Part shown: positions 10,695-16,733 of the stretch, piece after piece
How positions within the stretch are numbered: position 1 is the stretch's first letter
Layout of the letters: every line of letters begins with the position of its first letter
Origin: Coprobacillaceae bacterium
GTDB taxonomy: Bacteria; Bacillota_I; Bacilli_A; Erysipelotrichales; Coprobacillaceae
Length of the DNA stretch: 32,000 bases
Direction: 5' to 3'
Assembly: GCA_963675915.1 (NCBI GenBank)
Contig: OY780959.1
Span: forward strand, 1,740,001-1,772,000
Translations under genes and position numbers: made by a program
The notes under the pieces: model-generated
Told to the model about the DNA's origin: nothing
What the model saw: the letters and a program-made list of their open reading frames with translations, nothing else
Database searches by the model: none

Positions 10695-10788
10695 AAAGCC
10701 CTCCAATATATTACTTAATTCAATTTACATTTTCATTTTTGTTTACGTCTATTCAAAGCACCTTAGACGATGCGGTACTTACCCTACA

Positions 10789-10794
10789 ATTATA
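10789..10794 (-). promoter_or_regulatory. Candidate -10 box (TATAAT on the minus strand) for the rfbA-led polysaccharide operon
   Basis: The minus strand reads gcgtgTATAATtgtagg about 95 nt upstream of the rfbA ATG. The -35 is weak. Confidence 0.3.
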
Positions 10795-10981
10795 CACGCT
10801 ATAAGCTGGTTCATCTAGTTTTTTATTACCCAATCCAATTTATACTCAGACAATAAATACCGGCATTTAATAGCTTGACGATATTTTGGCACTGGTTTTA
10901 GTTGTACCATCATCTTAAACCGATGCAACATCGTCTCCCTCCTTCACAAGGCTATCAATATGATCTAGTTGATTTTCTGAT

Positions 10982-11003
10982 TTTGAAAGAATCCGCTTTC
11001 AAA
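10982..11003. promoter_or_regulatory. Inverted repeat TTTGAAAG-aatccg-CTTTCAAA, candidate operator upstream of the AraC-family gene
   Basis: 8-bp perfect arms with a 6-bp spacer, 40 bp upstream of ATG 11043 and just upstream of a TAGAAT -10-like box at 11016-11021. Confidence 0.35.
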
Positions 11004-11042
11004 GCCAAAAAATTATAGAATTATCAATGGAAGGAGATTTCA

Positions 11043-11867
11043 ATGAACCAATTAGTTTATGAGAAAATTTCACGAATGCCCCAACAATTTGTAAGAATTC
11101 TATATTTCAATCATGAACAGAATCCTAAACAGGTCCCCAAACACTGGCATCGTTCAATCGAATTGATTTATCCTAGACAAGGTTATATGCATCTTTGGGA
11201 TAATGGGGAATCCTACAAAGTTGAAGCCGGTGATTTCCATGTGATCAATTCACAAGCAATCCACGCCTGCAATCGCGGCAGTCTTGACTATGATGGTTTC
11301 GCCATCCAAATAGATATAACTTTTATCAAAATACTCTACCCGCAAATAGAGTTGATTGCTTTTTCCAATGAACATACACCCGAACTAAAGCACGATATCC
11401 TGACGATTCTTGATAAAATGGTCTCTGTCAAGCCAAGCGAAACCAGCGAAATCGAAATCAATGGCTATGCTACTGTTTTGATCAGCAAGCTTCTATCCGG
11501 GACAACCACCAAAAACAGCGGCATTGAACTGCAAAACAACCAATATTCCCAATTGATCATGGAGATAATGGCTTTTATCGACGCTAACTACTATGAGAAA
11601 CTTTCGTCACGGGAAATCGCGGACAAATACAACCTGTCATATGGATACCTGGCTAGAATTTTCAAAGACACAACTGGAATGACATTGAGCCAGTACATCA
11701 AAAATCAACGACTCGAGAACGCCATCAATGACCTTAGATTCAGTTCGCTGAACATTACCCAGATTGCTTTGAAAAATGGATTTAGCGATTATAAGTCTTT
11801 TGACAAAATGTTTAAAGAACGTTATAAGATGAAACCATCAGCCTATAAAGAAAAAATTGGAAGTTAA
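11043..11867 (+). CDS. AraC/XylS-family transcriptional regulator (N-terminal cupin sensor plus C-terminal double HTH)
   Basis: The N-terminus has HWHRSIELIY...GDFHVINSQAIH (AraC-type cupin). The C-terminus has SSREIADKYNLSYGYLARIFK...ITQIALKNGFSDYKSFDKMFKERYKMKPSAY (HTH_18/AraC signature). GGAAGGAG RBS. Confidence 0.9.
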   Translation: MNQLVYEKISRMPQQFVRILYFNHEQNPKQVPKHWHRSIELIYPRQGYMHLWDNGESYKVEAGDFHVINSQAIHACNRGSLDYDGFAIQIDITFIKILYPQIELIAFSNEHTPELKHDILTILDKMVSVKPSETSEIEINGYATVLISKLLSGTTTKNSGIELQNNQYSQLIMEIMAFIDANYYEKLSSREIADKYNLSYGYLARIFKDTTGMTLSQYIKNQRLENAINDLRFSSLNITQIALKNGFSDYKSFDKMFKERYKMKPSAYKEKIGS

Positions 11868-11882
11868 TAATTATTCACCTTA

Positions 11883-11909
11883 AGATGAACTATTGGGTTC
11901 ATCTTTTTT
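11883..11909 (+). terminator. Rho-independent terminator after the AraC-family gene
   Basis: AGATGAAC-tattgg-GTTCATCT (8-bp stem) followed by TTTTT. Confidence 0.75.
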
Positions 11910-12019
11910 GATTTCATGTCATTAAGTGATAAAATTACCCCTAATTTGTAATTTATTGGAATGCAAACCAGCTAAAATTGGATTAAAATTTAATCATTAT
12001 AAATAAAGGGGAAAATATT

Positions 12020-13273
12020 ATGACTTACCATAACAATTCAAAAATCATTTTAAACGGAACCTATCAGATGCATGTAGGCGCCTATGACTGGGGGACTGGG
12101 ACTGACCGGATTATCATCATATTTGACGGTGAAATTTCTACCATATCGAAAGAGAATCTCACAATCACTGAGACAAAACAGACAACAATCTGGGATGGGG
12201 AGGATTTTCCCATCGAAATAACTTCCAGTCAACGCATTATCGAAGCAGCTTATCTTTGCGACATTGACGGGAACCGAACTCAGCAGCCTAGCTGTCGGGT
12301 ATTGGTCAAATTGAAAGTCAGCCCTACTGAAGGATCGCCGTTTTTGTTTTCGATGAAAACATCGAAAAACTCCTGGTCTGATCCCTATCACCTGGAAATT
12401 CAACTTGCCCAGGGAGCTGTAATCATGCAAGGTGAAAACATCATCAAATCCCTGGCAATCCCGAAGATTGCGACTAAAATCACTACCGCTGGCGAAATTT
12501 TCAAACCTGGACATTTCAAAACTCCAGCAGGAGCCACATACGATTATGTCGCTTTCGAACCCGATGTTAACTTTGACACCCTGGTTGTCTGGCTTCATGG
12601 CCTAGGCGAGGGCGAAATTGAAGGATCAGATCCCTACTTCCCAATACTGGGGAATAAGGCGGTTGCCCTGGGTGGCAGCGAATTCCAACGCATCGTCGGA
12701 CCAGCGGCAATCCTGGCACCGCAATGCCCGACAATGTGGATGGATGACGGGAGCAAAAAGGAAACGGCAGATGGTTCAAGCAAATACACCAAAAGCCTCT
12801 TCTTACTGATTGACCATTACAAACAAAAAGTCCAGGCGACTAAAATTGTCTTGGCCGGATGTTCCAATGGTGGCTACATGTCACTGGAACTGTTAAGGAA
12901 TTATCCGAACTACTTTACTTGCACCGTACCTGTGTGTGCTGCAATGGAGAGTAACTGGATCAGCAATGACGAAATTGACAATATCAAACATCAACCCTTG
13001 TTTTTCATTTACTCAAACGATGATCCGCTTGTAATACCCGACCAGTACGAAGCCCCGATAATCGGCCGCCTGCAAGAAGCAGGAGCTTCCAAACTCACAG
13101 TATTCACTACCGACAAGGTGATTGACACTACTGATAAATATCATGATTCCACTGGCGCTCCATATCGATACAATGGCCATTGGTCTTGGATCTATTTCCA
13201 TAACAATACCGCCATTGATCCCCGAACCGGTCTGGACGTCTGGTCGTGGATTGCTGCTCAGGTAAATTCATAG
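12020..13273 (+). CDS. Two-domain alpha/beta-hydrolase (serine esterase), paralogue 1, no signal peptide (predicted cytoplasmic)
   Basis: N-terminal ~190-aa module (GAYDWGTG...YLCDIDGN...VSPTEGSPF), then a hydrolase core: VVWLHGLGEG, nucleophile elbow GCSNGG, SNDDP (Asp) and NGHWSW (His). AAGGGGA RBS. By eye it is roughly 45% identical to the two downstream paralogues and begins exactly where their mature domains begin. Confidence 0.75.
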   Translation: MTYHNNSKIILNGTYQMHVGAYDWGTGTDRIIIIFDGEISTISKENLTITETKQTTIWDGEDFPIEITSSQRIIEAAYLCDIDGNRTQQPSCRVLVKLKVSPTEGSPFLFSMKTSKNSWSDPYHLEIQLAQGAVIMQGENIIKSLAIPKIATKITTAGEIFKPGHFKTPAGATYDYVAFEPDVNFDTLVVWLHGLGEGEIEGSDPYFPILGNKAVALGGSEFQRIVGPAAILAPQCPTMWMDDGSKKETADGSSKYTKSLFLLIDHYKQKVQATKIVLAGCSNGGYMSLELLRNYPNYFTCTVPVCAAMESNWISNDEIDNIKHQPLFFIYSNDDPLVIPDQYEAPIIGRLQEAGASKLTVFTTDKVIDTTDKYHDSTGAPYRYNGHWSWIYFHNNTAIDPRTGLDVWSWIAAQVNS

Positions 13274-13393
13274 CCGGGCTTTCGTGATTTCCGCTAATCA
13301 CCCCGCCAAAAGAACACATTTTCCACTTTTGATTCATAAGTCGCAATAAGATTCGCAACTATTTTCGCTTAATAAATCAGGTTATTTAACACC

Positions 13394-13409
13394 TTGAAAT
13401 CGGTTACAT
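13394..13409. promoter_or_regulatory. cre-like (CcpA/LacI-family) operator TTGAAATCGGTTACAT upstream of esterase paralogue 2
   Basis: Fits the published cre consensus WTGNAANCGNWNNCW at every constrained position. Lies 66 bp upstream of ATG 13475. The core AATCGGTTACAT recurs upstream of paralogue 3. Confidence 0.5.
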
Positions 13410-13474
13410 TTTGGAAAGACTCCTTTTTTTATATGATGTATAATTGATTTATCTTATTTTAGGAGGAGAATTAA

Positions 13475-14779
13475 ATGAAAAAATCAAGATTGATTTTATC
13501 AAGTTTTTTAGCCCTGGGACTCGTGGCTTGTTCAAGCAGCGATACTGGAAGCGATACTATTACCGGAACTTACAGTTACATGGTAACCGGTTACGACTGG
13601 GGAGCTGGTGTAAACAAAGCGGTACTGGCACTAGATTACAAAATCAGTGAAATATCAGCTGATGATTTGGCCGTAATGGAGACAAAATCAGCAACTGACT
13701 GGACTGATCCTAATTTCGAAGTAAAAGTAACTGACTTCGATAGAGAAGTTACCGATATCTATTTATGTGACGCTGATGGAAATCCAGTCGACGGAGACAG
13801 TGAATACGTGGCGGTAGAATTGTATGTCAGCCCTAATGACGGTAACCCGATCAACTATTCAATGACTACATCAAGAAATACTTGGTCTGATCCATATACC
13901 CTGACTTTCACTTTGACTGACACAGCTGAAGTTGACTCTTTAGGTGAGGCTGTAACTTCATTTACAATCGATGCTGATGCTACTGGATACACAACTTCGG
14001 CTGATATGTTTGAAGCTGCGACATTTGAAGCCACCGATGGAATTACTTATGATTATGTGACTTACGAACCGGCAGAAAAATCAGATACTTTGGTTGTTTG
14101 GTTACACGGTGCTGGTGAAGGATATGCAGATGGAACAGATCCATATATTCCGGTTTTGGCAAACAAAGTAACTGCTTTAGCTGGGGAAGAATTCCAAAGC
14201 ACAATTGGCAGTGCAGCTATCTTGGCGCCACAATCACCTACTATGTGGATGGATGACGGTACCGGAGGATACACTTCAGACAATTCAAGCATGTATACTG
14301 AAAGTCTGATGGAACTGATCGACAGTTATAAAACCGAGTACGGAGCTACTCAAGTTGTTGTAGCCGGATGTTCTAATGGTGGATTCATGACTATGGATAT
14401 GTTGATTAACTATCCTGATTACTTCGTAGCCGGAGTACCTATCTGTCAAGCAAAAACCGATGCATTGATTACAGATGATCAAATCGCCGCACTTAAAGAC
14501 CAAGCAATCTTCTTTATCTACTCTGAAGATGATCCAACTGTAATCCCTGGAAATACTTCAATTCCGACAATTTCAAGACTTCAAGCTGCTGGAGCCCAAA
14601 ACATTATGGTTTACTCACCTGAACATGTAATCGACACTTCAGGTATGTATACTGACGCTGATGGAAATCCATACCAATACAACGGTCACTGGTCTTGGAT
14701 CTATTTTGACAACAATGATGCTGTAGATGATGTCACTGGTCAAGATTCATGGTCTTGGATTGCTGAACAATTAGATTAA
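13475..14779 (+). CDS. Lipoprotein, two-domain alpha/beta-hydrolase (serine esterase), paralogue 2
   Basis: MKKSRLILSSFLALGLVAC|SS is a signal peptide with lipobox L-V-A-C. The hydrolase core has VVWLHGAGEG, GCSNGG, SEDDP and NGHWSW. AGGAGGAG RBS. Confidence 0.85.
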   Translation: MKKSRLILSSFLALGLVACSSSDTGSDTITGTYSYMVTGYDWGAGVNKAVLALDYKISEISADDLAVMETKSATDWTDPNFEVKVTDFDREVTDIYLCDADGNPVDGDSEYVAVELYVSPNDGNPINYSMTTSRNTWSDPYTLTFTLTDTAEVDSLGEAVTSFTIDADATGYTTSADMFEAATFEATDGITYDYVTYEPAEKSDTLVVWLHGAGEGYADGTDPYIPVLANKVTALAGEEFQSTIGSAAILAPQSPTMWMDDGTGGYTSDNSSMYTESLMELIDSYKTEYGATQVVVAGCSNGGFMTMDMLINYPDYFVAGVPICQAKTDALITDDQIAALKDQAIFFIYSEDDPTVIPGNTSIPTISRLQAAGAQNIMVYSPEHVIDTSGMYTDADGNPYQYNGHWSWIYFDNNDAVDDVTGQDSWSWIAEQLD

Positions 14780-14812
14780 CCCTACTGAAAAGTTAATATA
14801 CTTCCTTATCGT

Positions 14813-14862
14813 AAAGGTGCCCCTTCAATTCGCAACTGTTTTAGGGACACCTTTTATTTATT
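14813..14862 (+). terminator. Probable terminator after esterase paralogue 2
   Basis: AAAGGTGCCCCT ... AGGGACACCTTT pairs 11 of 12 positions with an 18-nt loop, followed by T-rich TATTTATT. The long loop lowers confidence. Confidence 0.45.
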
Positions 14863-14927
14863 GAAACATTATTTTCTATACCGTAGATAAAAGTTACACC
14901 AGAGTAATATTAAAGTGATATTTTGCC

Positions 14928-14943
14928 ATGTAATCGGTTACAT
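14928..14943. promoter_or_regulatory. cre-like (CcpA/LacI-family) operator ATGTAATCGGTTACAT upstream of esterase paralogue 3
   Basis: Fits WTGNAANCGNWNNCW at all constrained positions and is near-palindromic (TGTAATCGGTTACA). Lies 66 bp upstream of ATG 15009, the same offset as the paralogue-2 site. Confidence 0.5.
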
Positions 14944-15008
14944 AATGGAATGATTACCAGCTTTGGTTAAGTTATAATTAATTTATCTAATTCAAGGAGG
15001 AGAATTGA

Positions 15009-16316
15009 ATGAAAAAATCAAGATTGATTTTATCAAGTTTTTTAGCACTTGGACTTGTTGCCTGTTCAAGCAATGAGACCGGGAGCGACACCATCACCGG
15101 TACCTACAGTTACTACGTTGGTGGTTATGACTGGGGAGCTGGAGTTGACAAAGCCGTTTTGAGTCTGGATTATAAAATCAGCGAAATTTCCGCTGATGAT
15201 CTCGACGTAATGGAAACCAAAGAACAAACTGATTGGAGTGATCCTGAGTTTGCCGTTAAAGTTGTTGATGTCGACCGCACCGTTACTGATATTTATTTAT
15301 GTGATGCTGACGGTAATCCGGTTGACAGTGACAGTGAATACGTAGCAGTTGAACTGTATGTCAGCCCTGATGATGGTAACCCGATCAATTATTCGATGGT
15401 TACGTCAACCAACACTTGGTCAAGTCCTTATACTTTGACTTTCACATTGACAGATACTGCCGCAGTTGACTCACTCGGTGAAGCAGTAACTTCATTTACG
15501 ATTGATGCAGAAGCGACTGGATACACTACCGCTGCTGATATGTTTGCAGTATCGACTTACGATGCCCAAGACGGTACTTCATATAATGTTGCCACATACG
15601 AACCTGCAGAACAGGCTGATACCCTATTTGTCTGGTTGCATGGTGGTGGTGAAGGACAAGCTGACGCTTCAGATGCCTATGTGCCACTATTGGCCAACAA
15701 AGCAACTGTATTTGCCAGCGAAGAATTCCAAACTGAAATCGGTGGTGCGGCAATTCTGGTTCCTCAATCACCAACTATGTGGATGGATGGTACCGGGAAC
15801 CGAGAACGAGTTGAAGATGATTCATCAGTCTACACTGAAAGTCTAATGGAACTGATCGACAGTTACAAAACAGAATACGGAGCTACTCAAGTTGTTGTAG
15901 CCGGATGTTCTAATGGTGGATTCATGACATTGGATCTGATGATGAATTACCCTGACTACTTCACTGCAGGTGTCCCTATCTGTGAAGGTAAATTGGATGA
16001 AAAAATCACTGATGCTCAAATCGACATCTTAAAAGACCAAGCTATGTTCTTCATCTATGCAGAAAATGATACTACTTTGACACCAGAAATCTATTCAGTA
16101 CCTACCCTTGAAAGATTGAATGCCGCTGGAGCTTCAAATCTGATGGTATTCAGTCCTGAGAATGTAATTGATACTTCAGGTATGTATACTGATGCTGATG
16201 GAAATCCACATCAATATTCAGGTCACTGGTCTTGGATTTACTTCTACAACAATGAGGCTATGGATGACACTACTGGTCAAACAGCATGGTCTTGGATTGC
16301 TGATCAATTAGACTAA
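15009..16316 (+). CDS. Lipoprotein, two-domain alpha/beta-hydrolase (serine esterase), paralogue 3
   Basis: Signal peptide and lipobox identical to paralogue 2 (MKKSRLILSSFLALGLVAC). GCSNGG nucleophile elbow, AENDT and SGHWSW. By eye it is roughly 75% identical to paralogue 2. Confidence 0.85.
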   Translation: MKKSRLILSSFLALGLVACSSNETGSDTITGTYSYYVGGYDWGAGVDKAVLSLDYKISEISADDLDVMETKEQTDWSDPEFAVKVVDVDRTVTDIYLCDADGNPVDSDSEYVAVELYVSPDDGNPINYSMVTSTNTWSSPYTLTFTLTDTAAVDSLGEAVTSFTIDAEATGYTTAADMFAVSTYDAQDGTSYNVATYEPAEQADTLFVWLHGGGEGQADASDAYVPLLANKATVFASEEFQTEIGGAAILVPQSPTMWMDGTGNRERVEDDSSVYTESLMELIDSYKTEYGATQVVVAGCSNGGFMTLDLMMNYPDYFTAGVPICEGKLDEKITDAQIDILKDQAMFFIYAENDTTLTPEIYSVPTLERLNAAGASNLMVFSPENVIDTSGMYTDADGNPHQYSGHWSWIYFYNNEAMDDTTGQTAWSWIADQLD

Positions 16317-16350
16317 CCATACTAAAAATTAATATATTTCCTTATCTAAA

Positions 16351-16378
16351 AAGATGATCTTCACGGATCATCTTTTTT
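16351..16378 (+). terminator. Rho-independent terminator after esterase paralogue 3
   Basis: AAGATGATC-ttcacg-GATCATCTT (9-bp stem) running into a T-tract. Confidence 0.85.
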
Positions 16379-16404
16379 CATCTCAAATTTTTGACAAAGA
16401 AAAA

Positions 16405-16425
16405 GACAACTAGTAACTAGTTGTC
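16405..16425. promoter_or_regulatory. Perfect 21-bp palindrome GACAACTAGT-A-ACTAGTTGTC, candidate dimeric-regulator operator
   Basis: 10-bp perfect arms around a single central base. Centred about 26 bp upstream of the -35 box at 16441. A 1-nt loop makes an RNA hairpin unlikely, so a DNA-binding site is the more natural reading. Confidence 0.4.
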
Positions 16426-16440
16426 CCAAGAACGAATAGG

Positions 16441-16469
16441 TTGAAAATCAACCTTGTACCAATTATTAT
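16441..16469 (+). promoter_or_regulatory. Sigma-A-like promoter TTGAAA-17 bp-TATTAT in a gene-free convergent spacer
   Basis: -35 TTGAAA at 16441-16446, an exact 17-nt spacer, and -10 TATTAT at 16464-16469. No annotated plus-strand gene lies downstream. A terminator sits ~200 nt downstream at 16646-16676. Confidence 0.4.
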
Positions 16470-16576
16470 GCAGTACAGAAATTTTCCTTAACTATAAAAG
16501 CCAATCCCCATCAACTTTCCATAGATACTACATATATAATTCCCGAGCAAAAATTTAGCCCCAACTAAATTTAGTA

Positions 16577-16624
16577 ATGTGGTTTGGTATTATTATTACC
16601 ACATCACCTATTATTATTCTATAG
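16577..16624 (+). CDS. Hypothetical 15-codon hydrophobic small ORF (MWFGIIITTSPIIIL)
   Basis: ATG 16577 to TAG 16622-16624. It lies between the promoter at 16441 and the terminator at 16646. No recognisable Shine-Dalgarno. The ATG is part of a 7-bp stem (ATGTGGT 16577-16583 / ACCACAT 16598-16604). Coding status is unproven. Confidence 0.2.
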   Translation: MWFGIIITTSPIIIL

Positions 16625-16645
16625 TAATAATCAACTAAATTCAAC

Positions 16646-16676
16646 CTGTCACGGTCAATGTGACAAGTTTTTTCGT
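16646..16676 (+). terminator. Intrinsic-terminator-like hairpin plus T6 on the plus strand
   Basis: TGTCAC-ggtcaat-GTGACA (6-bp stem), then AG and TTTTTT. It is plus-strand specific, because the minus-strand reading has no trailing U-run. Confidence 0.45.
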
Positions 16677-16704
16677 GTTTGCCGCACAGGAATCCATCAA
16701 CTAT

Positions 16705-16729
16705 TTAACACTTGAAGTAATAGTGTTAA
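16705..16729 (-). terminator. Hairpin immediately after the last gene of the HTH operon (weak terminator candidate)
   Basis: TTAACACT / AGTGTTAA forms an 8-bp stem with a 9-nt loop, 5 nt beyond stop codon 16734-16736. The trailing sequence is only moderately U-rich. Confidence 0.35.
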
Positions 16730-16733
16730 TATT

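Larger units (their letters stand above)
13460..16350 (+). repeat. Tandem duplication, unit ~1534 bp (RBS + lipoprotein esterase gene + ~35 bp of 3' flank)
   Basis: The start codons are 1534 bp apart. The RBS and first 39 nt of the CDS are identical. The 3' flanks align past the stop codons: ccctactgaaaagttaatatacttccttatc versus ccatactaaaaattaatatatttccttatc. Confidence 0.8.

Noticed and set aside
13444-13650. 68-aa plus-strand ORF overlapping the start of lipoprotein esterase 2 in another frame. The 114-aa ORF at 15502-15846 inside esterase 3 is similar.
   Set aside because: These are out-of-frame overlaps with genes that have a clear signal peptide, RBS and family motifs, and they have no independent support.
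16468-16491. 7-codon sORF (MQYRNFP) overlapping the -10 box at 16464-16469.
   Set aside because: It begins inside the -10 box, upstream of the predicted transcription start. It has no RBS and is too short to evaluate.
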